NCBI GenBank assembly: GCA_041651015.1
Contig: JBAZKA010000002.1
Location: 137,269 to 201,268, forward strand
DNA: 64,000 bases
Reading direction: 5' to 3'
Source: Patescibacteria group bacterium
GTDB lineage: Bacteria > Patescibacteriota > Patescibacteriia > Magasanikbacterales > GWA2-37-8
The position numbers and the translations under genes were made by a program. The notes beneath the pieces are model-generated. The model did not search any database and was not told the DNA's origin. It saw only the letters and a program-made list of their open reading frames with translations. Below, one piece after another: positions 42,932 through 53,125 of the stretch (position 1 is the first letter of the stretch; each line of letters begins with the position of its first letter).

Positions 42932-43710
42932 TGAACGCCTCCTCGCGATATCGCGTCTTTCGGACAGAAGGGTGAGAAAACCACTGCATCGCCAACGGTG
43001 AAGCGGGGACGCCAGAGTTCCATGGCAACGCTCGTCGGCACGTCCGGGGCGCGGTTACGCCGTTTCTTTTCCGCCGGGTTGATCCGTTCCGCCCAGCCGC
43101 ACCAACGGACTTGGATGCCGGTGTTGTCGAGCGGCGGCGGGCTCTTCTTCGAGGCTTTTCCCCTTTCGAAAGAGCGGAGGAAATACTCGGACTCGGTCTC
43201 GATGCCGTCGCTCCGGATCCAGAGGGTGCAGGCGACATCCTGCTGTCCGCAGCCCGCGGCCCGCATCTGTTCCAGCGTTCTACTGACCGCCAAATCGATG
43301 GGAGAGAAGCGGAGATCGAACGAGGTGCGCAACACGGCTTCCAAAGTCTCGTCCATGAGCTTGCCGTGCTCCTCCTTCGCCGCCTCGTTTCCTTCGATGA
43401 CGCTGCCGCGATTCGCGAGGTGCAACTCCTTGATCGCGATCGGTTCCATGTTTGTTTCTGGGTTGCCGGTTTTGAGGACGTAAACGTCGAGGCGATCCGC
43501 TTCCTCGGGGTTGGCGAGCGTTTGTTCCACCAAGGCGCGGATGATCTGATCATCCTTCTGAAGTGAATTCGAGACGTCATGAAGCAGGGCGTGGACAGCG
43601 CGCTTCTCGGCCGGCTCCTGGTAGTACGTGGTCGCATACGCTGCCGCGCCGATGACGAGGACGATGCTGGCGAGCAAGACCAGCTTCTTGGTTCTGGTGA
43701 TCTTTTTCAT
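42928..43710 (-). CDS. membrane-anchored hypothetical protein
   Basis: N-terminal TM anchor. Overlapping start/stop with neighbours suggests an operon with the ATPase. Confidence 0.45.
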   Translation of the reverse strand: MKKITRTKKLVLLASIVLVIGAAAYATTYYQEPAEKRAVHALLHDVSNSLQKDDQIIRALVEQTLANPEEADRLDVYVLKTGNPETNMEPIAIKELHLANRGSVIEGNEAAKEEHGKLMDETLEAVLRTSFDLRFSPIDLAVSRTLEQMRAAGCGQQDVACTLWIRSDGIETESEYFLRSFERGKASKKSPPPLDNTGIQVRWCGWAERINPAEKKRRNRAPDVPTSVAMELWRPRFTVGDAVVFSPFCPKDAISRGGVQ

Positions 43711-43712
43711 GG

Positions 43713-44744
43713 CTATCCCTCGCTTCTTGAACGCGAGCGTTTACGGCCGCGCATCTGGTTTGCGTTTTCCATGATGGCCGCGATGGCCGCGGCCTCGGCG
43801 ACCTTCTCGACCGCTTCGGTGAGGGTCTCTGCCTGCGCGGCGGCGTCTTCACGCTCGAACAAATGTTGCTCGTGTTCGTGGATGACCTGTTCTTCCTCGG
43901 CGAGCTCGACTTCGATCTTTTCCAGATTCTGCTGGGCGGCGGCTAAGAAGTTCACCCGCCGCATGTATTCCTCGTTGTCTTCACGAAACGCCAGATACTG
44001 GTTCTCCAGCCCGCGGCCGGTGACGTTCAGCCAAAGCACGATCGCGAGTTCAACGGCTGAGAGGCCGACACTCAGCATGAGGGCGGTGAAGGAGGAGCCG
44101 GCGACCAAGCGTATGAGGAACAGGGCGATGGAGAAAATGATGCCGGCGGCGAGGGCGATCTTCTGCGCTTTCTTGTTGTAGGCGTTCGCTTCGTACGTGG
44201 CGACGAGGCCCCATGACACCATACCGCCGCAGGCCACACCGACGATGGCGGAGGCGAGCCAAGCGGCGGCACCGCGAAGGCGGCCGACGAAAAACACGTC
44301 ATGAATGGAAATTGCCAGGGTGGCGGCGATGACCGCGGTGCCGATGACGACGTCTACGATGGGCGGAATGGGCTCGGGCGTCGGTTCTCCATATTCGGCC
44401 AAGCCCTCCTTACGTTCTTTGGTTTCCCTCTTTGCGGCCTCCCGCTCTTCCGACAGTTTTTCGCGTTTTGCCTTGGCCCGTTCGCATTTCGCATTGCGAG
44501 CGTGGTCGTGGTCGCTCTTCTCTACATCGAACAATTTGGCGGCGTGCATCTTTGCCGAGGCGACGAACGGCGAGATGATCTTCTTGATAAGTTCGCCGTC
44601 CAATACCTTGATGCCCATCTCTCGGAGTGTGTGATAAACGGCAGTGTCGACATCTGTGTAAATTGTGAGGTCCTTACCAGATGTCGCTTGCCCAAGAATG
44701 GCGCAAACCCTCTTTTCTGACTGATTTGTTTGATCTTTTTTCAT
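43713..44744 (-). CDS. membrane protein with coiled-coil, hypothetical
   Basis: Central multi-TM region flanked by charged coiled-coil segments. Confidence 0.45.
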   Translation of the reverse strand: MKKDQTNQSEKRVCAILGQATSGKDLTIYTDVDTAVYHTLREMGIKVLDGELIKKIISPFVASAKMHAAKLFDVEKSDHDHARNAKCERAKAKREKLSEEREAAKRETKERKEGLAEYGEPTPEPIPPIVDVVIGTAVIAATLAISIHDVFFVGRLRGAAAWLASAIVGVACGGMVSWGLVATYEANAYNKKAQKIALAAGIIFSIALFLIRLVAGSSFTALMLSVGLSAVELAIVLWLNVTGRGLENQYLAFREDNEEYMRRVNFLAAAQQNLEKIEVELAEEEQVIHEHEQHLFEREDAAAQAETLTEAVEKVAEAAAIAAIMENANQMRGRKRSRSRSEG

Positions 44745-44876
44745 TTCTCTTTTCTTTCTGCTTTCCGTTCCTTGTCTTTCCGGTTCCTTTCTGTTTCTGC
44801 ATTGAGTTTACTCATTCAAGCAGGTGCTCGTTGATTGGATTGTATTTTCGTCTTCCATACATTTGCTTGCTCCTTA

Positions 44877-45590
44877 CTATGCGGTTTGCCTGAAAACAGA
44901 ATTGCAGACATTGCACGTGGCATCGAAGTAGACGCTGCGCGCGATATAGATTCTGGTGCCACATTTGCAATGCCAGCATTTGCGACTCTTCTGTTTGGAG
45001 ATAACTGTCTCGGTCTCGTCCTTTTCGAAGCAGCCCCGAGTGCCGTTCAAATTGTTCTGCTGCGCCCAATCCAAGAACGGACTCGGATCAACGACAAGGC
45101 TTTCGACTTTCGCGGCTCCCCAGCGGTTGCAGGGAATTCCGATTGCGTCCAACGCCTTACGCATGCTCGAAGAGTGATAATTGTTCACGGAACTTGGCGC
45201 GGTGTCTGTGATTTCTTCTAGAGCATGGAACATTTCGTGGAGCAAAATGGCCGCAATTTGGATTTCGGAATGCTTATGGAAATAGCCGGGATTGATACCG
45301 ATCTCAAAGCGATTGCCATATCCGTTGCGGTTGCAATGATAGTGGCCGAGCCACCTGCTATGCACTTCTTTAAATGTGAATACGAAGTCCGGGCGGGACG
45401 TCGGGCGATATTTCCATTCTCTCGGTATAAAACATTCCCAGAGAGAGACCGACCACTGACGCATTTTCTTTGAAATTTCCGAGTAGTGCCAATCTGACAG
45501 ACTATCCTGAAAGTTTCCGAGAGATTGGTTCATCTCCGCATCGGTGATGTTGGGCTGCACGACCAACACTTCTGCTGTTTGCCTTGTCAT
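44877..45590 (-). CDS. SprT-like metallopeptidase with zinc ribbon (second copy)
   Basis: HEMFHAL plus CWHCKCG...CNVCNS. Confidence 0.5.
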   Translation of the reverse strand: MTRQTAEVLVVQPNITDAEMNQSLGNFQDSLSDWHYSEISKKMRQWSVSLWECFIPREWKYRPTSRPDFVFTFKEVHSRWLGHYHCNRNGYGNRFEIGINPGYFHKHSEIQIAAILLHEMFHALEEITDTAPSSVNNYHSSSMRKALDAIGIPCNRWGAAKVESLVVDPSPFLDWAQQNNLNGTRGCFEKDETETVISKQKSRKCWHCKCGTRIYIARSVYFDATCNVCNSVFRQTA

Positions 45591-45919
45591 GGGTTATTCG
45601 CCTTTCGTAAAAGGCTGCGTCGTGCTGCAAATCTCATTGAGAGTTCGGCCAATGATTTCTCTGATGTGCTCGTGAAATGCGGCGAAGTAATGTTACGGGT
45701 GTCAGGGAATTGCTTGTCTTTCGGTTCCGTTTCATCTGAAACGGTTTTCCGTTGTTTTTCTTCTGGAATTGTGTTAGCTGATTTGAACATCTTTGATCCT
45801 CATGCTCCTTTTCGAAGCGTTCTGTCGTCTGCTGTTGTGGGTCTATTCGTGCAACAGGCGACATCTGTCTCTACCTACTTGAGTTTCTTTAGTTTTTCCG
45901 CAGATGCACGGGCTATCTA

Positions 45920-46318
45920 TTGACAATTATTGGTATTTCTGGTAGGCTTTGTTTAGTTCACTTCTTGGTATTAGTTACATACCAACCAACTGGCCCCTTC
46001 GGGCCGTTTGGCTGGAGTTTTCGTGGGGCCGAGAAAGGACGGCCTATCGTGCCCCACAAAACAAAAGAGGATTTGGTTAAAGAAAGAAGAAAGCTTATAG
46101 AAGAACAGATTATCTCCCTGCATCTGGTCAAAAGACGGATGGGATGTGATTCAGATGATGTTAATCTATCACTGGCTGGTCTGTTTATTGACGGCGGCCC
46201 TCTGTCTGAAAAGCAAGCTCTTTTACTTAATCACACAAAACACTGCGAACCTTGCCGTCTTCTTTGTGATCTTATCACAAAAACGATTCGGCTTGACCGT
46301 CTTGAAAATTCATTGTGA
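45920..46318 (+). CDS. hypothetical protein, zf-HC2 anti-sigma-like motif
   Basis: LLNHTKHCEPCRLLCD resembles the zf-HC2 anti-sigma N-terminus. Start uncertain. Confidence 0.3.
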   Translation: MTIIGISGRLCLVHFLVLVTYQPTGPFGPFGWSFRGAEKGRPIVPHKTKEDLVKERRKLIEEQIISLHLVKRRMGCDSDDVNLSLAGLFIDGGPLSEKQALLLNHTKHCEPCRLLCDLITKTIRLDRLENSL

Positions 46319-46375
46319 GATTGCGACAGCAGCGCGTATTTTAAAATATCAAGTTCGGACATTACAAGCTCTCCA

Positions 46376-48802
46376 TTGGAGAGCTTTTGTTTTTATCCCA
46401 TGAAAGTAAAAAGAAAAAAGCTTTCACAGTTAGAATTGGAACGGTTCGTAAACGAACTGTACGCCAAAGCCAAGATACGGTCGTTTTTATCTGATTTGGA
46501 AGCAGTCGATCGGTTGCAACGTTTTTCTGATTTATCGAGCGAGTTCGGTGTTAGCTTTTCGAAAGATGAATACAAGAGAATATTTAATGACATCCAATAT
46601 TCGGCTTTTTACGAGTTACAAGAAAGAAGTGAAGACTCGATAGAAGAATTGCCCGGAGATGAAGACGAGAATCCTGGATTTTTGCTAGACGAAAGAAAAA
46701 AATATATAAAACATTTGGTAGAAGAACGTGAATCAGAAAAAAGGTTAGAGGAGCGAAACGCCCTTGAAACAGAATGTTCGATTGATTCGCCAACTCAAAA
46801 TGAAGCAAATGAAGACAAGAGAACCTTTATCGACTTTCTTGCACCAGTAATATTTGATCTTGTAGGAAAGAGCAACCCGTCTATTGTTGGTGTCTATCAC
46901 CTGTGTTGTAGGAAAGGCTTATCCCCGAAAGCGGCAGCAAAAGAACTGGAACTCACCGAGGGTCGAGTCTCTCAAATTAAGTCAGAAATAGTCGAGGTTT
47001 TTACAAAACACTATCCCAAAATCGCAAATGATAGGAAGAAATTCCAAGAAGCTTCAAGAATTATAACTCAGTTTTATGTTAGGAAATTAAAGATAGACGA
47101 TCCTGAAACCGTGAGAAAACTTACCGCAGTATTGACTGGCGCAGCCGTCTTCTTCGTAGCACTGATTTCTCAAGCAACAGAGATTTTCACGAGTGATGAG
47201 CTTATTGAAAATATTGCGAGAGGCACCAAGTCAACGTCGCTCTGGCAAGGATTCAAAGATCGCTACATCAACAAAATTAACATATTGTTGTCTCTTGCGA
47301 CAATCATTGTTTTGTCTCCTGCAATATATGAACTATTATCACATAGGCCTCATATAAAACCATCCCAGGGTAATATTACAGATCCAGCTACCGGATCAGA
47401 CGAGAATAACCCACAGAATCTCTTTAAAAATGAGAATGACAGCGGTGCGGTCGACGTAATGAATGGCGTAGAGTACTTGTCATTGCAGATAGAACAGACG
47501 TTTGGAAAAGAAAAATATAAAAACGTTTTTGTAATAAACGGTATTCCGCCAGATTATACAAGGGTGGTTGTGTATGAAATAACGAATAGAAACAAGATTA
47601 ATGCTACACATTTAGACATGAGCGCTGAAGCTTACTTGGTTCCCGCCATTGGCAATTCTAAAATTCCTATAAGTACGATGATACTTACCGCCGATGGTGA
47701 AAACACAAACACGAAGGCGATTGCCACAGAATCATCAGGTGCGGAACCGAAAAAGACTATGATAGTAATAGGTTCAACAATGCAGATAGAGCCGGGCTCC
47801 GTGATAGAAGGTACCTTCAATGTTGACTATGAAATTGGCAATATTAGGAAGAAACAAAGTAGGACTTTTGAAATCAAAGAACCCGGCGCATTTTTATGGG
47901 CCGGGGAATCTGAGATGAGCAGATACGGAGACAAATTGAATAGAAATTCTGTCATAATAGCTTCCAAGGGCGGAACCGCAAATATTGAAATAAGCACATA
48001 TCCCGAAGAAATTCTGGTGGGATGTTTATCAAAACCGAGTAATTTGCCAACAAAAGAAGGTTGCAAGAAGACCATACCAGACATGAGCTTTATTACGGCA
48101 GATATAGTAACGACAACTGATGGCGGTGGTGTCATGGACGGATTTATACGGATCTTGGAGATAGAAACAAAACAATTATTGAATCGAAACTTGGCACAAT
48201 CCAACAAAGAAAACGAACCAATAGCGCAGTGCGATTTGGCAGCCAATATTCTAGGAGTCGAATCTTGCGAAGGTGTTGTACAGGCAGTACCAGAGCAAGG
48301 GAAATTGCTTTTGTTGGATGAAAAGGGAGGATTTTTTCTCTCAGACCTTGACGGCGGGATTGAAAATGAGGACAAATGGATAATAGCCTTTGTTTCGGAA
48401 TCGAAAGGTAGAAAATGGTTTGCGAAAGCTAATGTCAACATTGAGAACAATGATCTGACGAGACTGTCAATAAAGAGTGAAAATGAAAGCGAGAAAACAG
48501 TTTCCTGTAAAACAACTAACAGAGCTGGATTTACGGAAGGATATTGCCTGCCAATACAATTGTCAGCTTACAGAATTGACGATGATACTTGGATCGGAAG
48601 TTATCAATTGTCTGGAATTGTTTATCCACGACAAAAAATGAAAGAGAATTACAAAGGCGCCTTGGCTTTGATTAGATTCTGTAAGTTTGAAGAAGGATGG
48701 AAGCCATGTAGTAAAAAAAGCGGAACACAGTATTGGGAAAAGATAGCAGAAAGAAGCGAGATATTTAATTCAAGTTGTAAAAAAAGTAATTGTTCACTAT
48801 AA
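46376..48802 (+). CDS. membrane protein with N-terminal sigma-70 region-4-like HTH and large extracytoplasmic domain
   Basis: HTH in IVGVYHLCCRKGLSPKAAAKELELTEGRVSQIKSEIV. Two TM helices at ~aa 255-310. ~500-aa C-terminal domain. GC ~38%. Confidence 0.5.
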   Translation: MESFCFYPMKVKRKKLSQLELERFVNELYAKAKIRSFLSDLEAVDRLQRFSDLSSEFGVSFSKDEYKRIFNDIQYSAFYELQERSEDSIEELPGDEDENPGFLLDERKKYIKHLVEERESEKRLEERNALETECSIDSPTQNEANEDKRTFIDFLAPVIFDLVGKSNPSIVGVYHLCCRKGLSPKAAAKELELTEGRVSQIKSEIVEVFTKHYPKIANDRKKFQEASRIITQFYVRKLKIDDPETVRKLTAVLTGAAVFFVALISQATEIFTSDELIENIARGTKSTSLWQGFKDRYINKINILLSLATIIVLSPAIYELLSHRPHIKPSQGNITDPATGSDENNPQNLFKNENDSGAVDVMNGVEYLSLQIEQTFGKEKYKNVFVINGIPPDYTRVVVYEITNRNKINATHLDMSAEAYLVPAIGNSKIPISTMILTADGENTNTKAIATESSGAEPKKTMIVIGSTMQIEPGSVIEGTFNVDYEIGNIRKKQSRTFEIKEPGAFLWAGESEMSRYGDKLNRNSVIIASKGGTANIEISTYPEEILVGCLSKPSNLPTKEGCKKTIPDMSFITADIVTTTDGGGVMDGFIRILEIETKQLLNRNLAQSNKENEPIAQCDLAANILGVESCEGVVQAVPEQGKLLLLDEKGGFFLSDLDGGIENEDKWIIAFVSESKGRKWFAKANVNIENNDLTRLSIKSENESEKTVSCKTTNRAGFTEGYCLPIQLSAYRIDDDTWIGSYQLSGIVYPRQKMKENYKGALALIRFCKFEEGWKPCSKKSGTQYWEKIAERSEIFNSSCKKSNCSL

Positions 48803-49086
48803 TAGATAAGATATCCGTTTCTGCCCCTCCCCACTCCAGAACTGAGGAGTACAATATCCGGATATGCAAAAAATATTCAAGAATTGTCGGCCCGAATATA
48901 GTAAAACCAGCGAACAAACAGAAAAAAAAATTCCGGTATTTGCCGAAGAAGAAATAAAAAACATCCTCGAATTTCTAGGGTGTCTTAAAGATATCTCGGA
49001 AGGACTTTTACGCAAGGGTTATACTCTCGCAGACGGGGTATTCATTCAGCCAAATAACAACAATAAGTCAGTAAATTCATTTCCAT

Positions 49087-50718
49087 ATGAGGACAACCGA
49101 ACTCGTTAAAACCGCACATGAATATCTCATCTATGCTCGTAAAAGCACTGATGACCAAGAGCATCAGAAGAACTCTATCGAATACCAGGTGATGCACTGC
49201 CGGAAGTTCGCCGCCGACCTTGGCCTGCGGATAGCCGATTACGCTGAAGACGATTTTTGTGACAACGGCATCGTTCAAGAGAGTCATACGGCGTTCAAAA
49301 CCTCCGGGTTGGAGATCTCACCAGATGGCTCGATACAGTACAATATCGACCGGCCTCGCTTTCAAAGACTTGTCGCGCTTCTGGCCTCTGGAAAATTCAA
49401 AGGAGTGATCTGCCTTTGCTGGGATCGCCTGTCTCGAAATCCGCACGACGATGCGGTTGCGAAATATCTTCATGATCGCGGCGTCGACATCCGATTTGTT
49501 CTCGCTACATACGACAACTCCAGTTCTGGCGCCCTTCACATGGCCATCGATGGTGTATTCGCCTCTTTCTATTCGCGCAATGTCTCCGAAAAGGTGACCT
49601 TGGCAATTGCTAAGCTGCGCCTCGAAGGAAAGCGCCTCGGCAAAGCGCCAATCGGATATTTAAACAGAGGGTCTGGGAACAAGCCGCTCGACCCTGCGCG
49701 TGCTCCTGTGGTCAAGAAGCTCTTTGAGCTCTACGCCACCGGTGAGTGGAGCATCGCCCAATTGGCGCAGTGGGCGAAGAAGCAAGGACTCACCAGCCAG
49801 GGTAAGCTCAGAAAGAAAAAATCGCCCGAAGGAGAAAAGGCTCATCCTGTTCTCCCGAGAACGATTGAGTTGCTACTACACAACCCGTTCTATGCCGGCT
49901 TTCTCCGCCACGACGGCGTTGAGTACCCTGGCGCTCACGAGCCGCTCATTTCTAGAGAGCTCTTTGATCATGTTCAACTCGTCCACAGAAAGCGCACGAC
50001 CTCTGTCCATTACGCCGAGGAACTGCCCTTCTGTTATCGCGGCCTGATCCGCTGCTCTTGCGGTCGGAGCTATTCCCCCTATCTTCAGAAGACTTATGTC
50101 TACTACGGCGCACGTTGTCGCGGCGCCTGCGGTAATCCGACACGGAATCTCTCCGAGCAGAAAATAGACGCGGTTTTCCAAAAATTGCTCGGCCGCCTTC
50201 ATTTTTCCGAAGAAGAAACGGCTTGTATAAAAGAAAATGCGCCGCAGTTTTTCGCTGAAGCGAACACGAAGAGAAATGAAACAGGACTGATCTACGAAAA
50301 ACAGCGCAACCGACTGATGCGTGATCTTCAGTATCTTGAAGACAATAAAATAGACCTGCTCAGAGAGCGTGCATTCACGCCAAATGAGATTTCAAAAGAA
50401 ATGGCACAATTGCGTGTCGAACTTGGGAGTCTAAAAACAAAAGCCACGACTTTAATCGAGGTAGATGAGCAGACAAAATTAGAGACAGTCCTGAATTTTT
50501 CCGAACTCATTATTTCCGCCAAGTCTGCATTAGAAAACGCCGATAGTCAGAAAAAGCGACACTTGTTCACAACCCTGTTTTCCGAACTGGTTTTGGACAA
50601 CGGAATTGTCGCTAGTTACAGCGCAAAACCGGGTATTGAAAAGTTGCTGAAAAGACCTCTTGCGAAACTCAGTGCCCTTGGAGGGAGTCGAACCCCCGTT
50701 ACTAGATTCGAAGTCTAG
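49087..50718 (+). CDS. large serine recombinase
   Basis: Resolvase-type N-terminus YLIYARKSTDDQEHQKNSIEYQ (catalytic Ser), recombinase domain, Cys-rich zinc ribbon (CSCGRSY...CRGACG), coiled-coil. The last ~15 codons are tRNA-Arg sequence. Confidence 0.8.
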   Translation: MRTTELVKTAHEYLIYARKSTDDQEHQKNSIEYQVMHCRKFAADLGLRIADYAEDDFCDNGIVQESHTAFKTSGLEISPDGSIQYNIDRPRFQRLVALLASGKFKGVICLCWDRLSRNPHDDAVAKYLHDRGVDIRFVLATYDNSSSGALHMAIDGVFASFYSRNVSEKVTLAIAKLRLEGKRLGKAPIGYLNRGSGNKPLDPARAPVVKKLFELYATGEWSIAQLAQWAKKQGLTSQGKLRKKKSPEGEKAHPVLPRTIELLLHNPFYAGFLRHDGVEYPGAHEPLISRELFDHVQLVHRKRTTSVHYAEELPFCYRGLIRCSCGRSYSPYLQKTYVYYGARCRGACGNPTRNLSEQKIDAVFQKLLGRLHFSEEETACIKENAPQFFAEANTKRNETGLIYEKQRNRLMRDLQYLEDNKIDLLRERAFTPNEISKEMAQLRVELGSLKTKATTLIEVDEQTKLETVLNFSELIISAKSALENADSQKKRHLFTTLFSELVLDNGIVASYSAKPGIEKLLKRPLAKLSALGGSRTPVTRFEV

Positions 50719-50744
50719 TGTCCTATCCGCTGAACGACAAGGGC
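50673..50744 (-). tRNA. tRNA-Arg (anticodon TCG)
   Basis: Manual cloverleaf: acceptor GCCCTTG/CAAGGGC, anticodon loop CTTCGAA, T-arm GGGGG-TTCGACT-CCCTC. Confidence 0.7.
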
Positions 50745-50772
50745 GTTTAAAACCCGCTTTCGCGGGTCTTTG

Positions 50773-50844
50773 TGGGTCGCCAGGGATTCGGACCCTGGAC
50801 CTTGTCCTTAAGAGGGACCTGCTCTACCAACTGAGCTAGCGACC
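50773..50844 (-). tRNA. tRNA-Lys (anticodon CTT), atypical T-loop
   Basis: Acceptor GGGTCGC/GCGACCC, D-arm GCTCAGTTGGTAGAGC, anticodon loop CTCTTAA. T-loop reads TCCGAAT (C at position 55). Confidence 0.55.
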
Positions 50845-50845
50845 C

Positions 50846-50886
50846 CCTCACCCAGAAATTTTTTGAAAAAAATTTCTGGGTGAGGG
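50846..50886. terminator. perfect 17-bp-arm palindromic hairpin
   Basis: cctcacccagaaatttt-ttgaaa-aaaatttctgggtgagg. Confidence 0.6.
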
Positions 50887-50930
50887 GGCGACCCGTTGCA
50901 TTTCTGCATGAGTCGCCTTGTAAGTAAATT

Positions 50931-51695
50931 TTATAACGGATCGCCCGGACTTCGTTTAATTACACGTGTGCTCGGACCTTTCCAGCTCTTGGCCTGTAAA
51001 GCCATTTCCGCGGCTTCGGTTTGAGCCTCTTGCTTGCTCATGCCTTCGCCGGTCGCGATTAATTCTTTGCCGAGATAAACCCCGACTTTAAATATTTTCG
51101 CGTGGTCCGGTCCGGTTTCGCCGAGGACTTTGTAGTTCGGCGTCAGCCCGACAGTTTCTTGGGCCGATTCCTGGAATCGGCTCTTGGCATCCATGTATAA
51201 ACCGTTTTCCAAAATGTATGGCAACTTCGGTATCACCCATTGTAAAATAAATTTTTTGGCCGCCTCATATCCGCCGTCCAAATACATGGCGCCGACCACG
51301 GCCTCAATCGTATTAGCCATGATATAGTCGCGCGCTTTGGTGCCGGCGTCTTTGGCTTCGCCATGGCTCAAAAATAAATATGGCTCCATGCCGATTTCGT
51401 AAGCAATGCTCGCGAGTGTTTTGGCATTCACGAGCGCGGCGCGCCAGTTAGTCAATTCGCCCTCGGGATTGGAAAATTCATTGAACAGATATTCTGTGAC
51501 AATCAGTTCCACCACGGCATCTCCTAAAAATTCTAAACGCTCATTATGCATGAGCGGAAAGTCGCGATGCTCGTTTAAGTACGACCGATGAACAAATGCC
51601 TGAATCAAATAATCCGGATCGTTGAACGATGTCCCCATTTTTTTCTCAAGAGCGGGGAAGTCTTTGGCTATGACTTCTGGTCTTTCTGCCATCAT
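50931..51695 (-). CDS. rnc: ribonuclease III
   Basis: RNase III signature ERLEFLGDAVVELIVTEYLF plus C-terminal dsRBD. Start at the internal MMAERPEV. Confidence 0.85.
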   Translation of the reverse strand: MMAERPEVIAKDFPALEKKMGTSFNDPDYLIQAFVHRSYLNEHRDFPLMHNERLEFLGDAVVELIVTEYLFNEFSNPEGELTNWRAALVNAKTLASIAYEIGMEPYLFLSHGEAKDAGTKARDYIMANTIEAVVGAMYLDGGYEAAKKFILQWVIPKLPYILENGLYMDAKSRFQESAQETVGLTPNYKVLGETGPDHAKIFKVGVYLGKELIATGEGMSKQEAQTEAAEMALQAKSWKGPSTRVIKRSPGDPL

Positions 51696-51699
51696 ATTT

Positions 51700-52173
51700 T
51701 TATTCTTTTTTAGTTTCCGTTTTTTCCGGTTCGGTATTTTGAGCCGCGGCTTGTTCCTCGGGCGGGAGATTTTTGAAAATCGCGCCGAGCACTCCATTTA
51801 CAAATTTGCCAGATGACGGCCCGCCAAATCCTTTGGCCAGCTCAATCGCTTCATTAATCGCCACTTTGGGCGGAACGTTTTTAGCAAAAACTAATTCGTA
51901 AACTCCGAGGCGCAAAACATTTCTGTCCACCACGGTAATTTGTTCAATCGGCCAATCGGGCGCGTATTCGGAAATTACCTTGTCTATCTTTTTCATGTTG
52001 GCGATGACGCCATTAATAAGCTCCACGGTAAATTCTTTTTCCGAAAGTCCGTCGCCGAATTCTTGGAAATTATGTTCCAGAATTTGCGGCAAGCGGTCGT
52101 TTTCGCTCCCACGGAAATCCCACTCAAACAAAGTTTGCATGGCGATTGTTCTCGCCAGATGGCGATTGGACAT
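51700..52173 (-). CDS. nusB: transcription antitermination factor NusB
   Basis: [14 protein letters not shown]...[13 protein letters not shown] pattern. Start at internal MSNRHLAR. Confidence 0.75.
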   Translation of the reverse strand: MSNRHLARTIAMQTLFEWDFRGSENDRLPQILEHNFQEFGDGLSEKEFTVELINGVIANMKKIDKVISEYAPDWPIEQITVVDRNVLRLGVYELVFAKNVPPKVAINEAIELAKGFGGPSSGKFVNGVLGAIFKNLPPEEQAAAQNTEPEKTETKKE

Positions 52174-52183
52174 ATTATAAAGA

Positions 52184-52396
52184 TTATTTCTTGGCCTTTT
52201 TGGCGGCGCGAGCCGTGGCGCGTTTAACGCTGATGACTTCACGTCCGCGGTAAGTGCCGCAGAATCCGCAAGCGCAATGCGGCTTGACCGGTTTTTCACA
52301 TTTCGGGAAAAGATTGTATGTCTTGTCCGATAAAGCAAAATGCGCGGCGCGGCGGCGTTTGTGTGACGATGTTCGTCTATGTCCGGGTAAACCCAT
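52184..52396 (-). CDS. rpmF: 50S ribosomal protein L32
   Basis: [19 protein letters not shown]...[22 protein letters not shown] matches the L32 pattern. Confidence 0.7.
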   Translation of the reverse strand: MGLPGHRRTSSHKRRRAAHFALSDKTYNLFPKCEKPVKPHCACGFCGTYRGREVISVKRATARAAKKAKK

Positions 52397-52717
52397 ATGG
52401 TTGGTATTTAGTAAGTGATAATTTGTATTTTGTTACGACAAAACGTGGCTATTGTAGCAGATATTATGGTTTTTGGCAAGTGGGGATAAAATCCCTTATT
52501 TTAGCTAAAAAATGAATTTTTGGGCCATACCCCCTTGACAAAACCTCCAAAATATGCTATACTTATCCGTTAAGCTGAAAAATTTGCCCGCACATTACAA
52601 AGGTTCAAACGTCGAATAAAGGGTCAGGGTGTAGAGATAGCATCTGATTGATCTGTCTATAGAAATAAATAACACCGGCCTTTTATCGGACGTTTGAGCA
52701 ACAACTAGGAGGAAACA

Positions 52718-53125
52718 GTGAGCAAGAAAGATAAACAGAATGGTAAGGCTGGCAACGACAACACGATCCTCTGCACCATGTGCAAAATCAACCATGTGCT
52801 GCCGGAGACCGCATGGCTCCCGCACGCGGAGGTCATCATGGAGCAGCTCGGCCGAGAGGTGGAGACCGCAGACCTCATAAATCACGTGATCTGCCGCACC
52901 TGCGCCGACGAGATCGTGAAGGTCAAGCAGCCCGTGGGCCACGAGCGGCGTTCGTACGTCTACCGTTACGGTCAGACCTGCGAGTGCCTCGAGACGCGCG
53001 ACGCCCGACGAGCCGCGGCGAAGCGGCGCGAGATCGCCGCGAAGGCCCGCAACCTCGTCCGGTTCTCGGACGGCGGAGCGGGTGCCAAGGTCGGCGACAT
53101 CGTCATCATGAAGAAGGTCGGCTAG
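52718..53125 (+). CDS. hypothetical Cys-containing protein, anomalously high GC
   Basis: aggagg RBS with GTG start. ~62% GC within a ~40% GC region. CTMC and CRTC pairs. Confidence 0.45.
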   Translation: MSKKDKQNGKAGNDNTILCTMCKINHVLPETAWLPHAEVIMEQLGREVETADLINHVICRTCADEIVKVKQPVGHERRSYVYRYGQTCECLETRDARRAAAKRREIAAKARNLVRFSDGGAGAKVGDIVIMKKVG

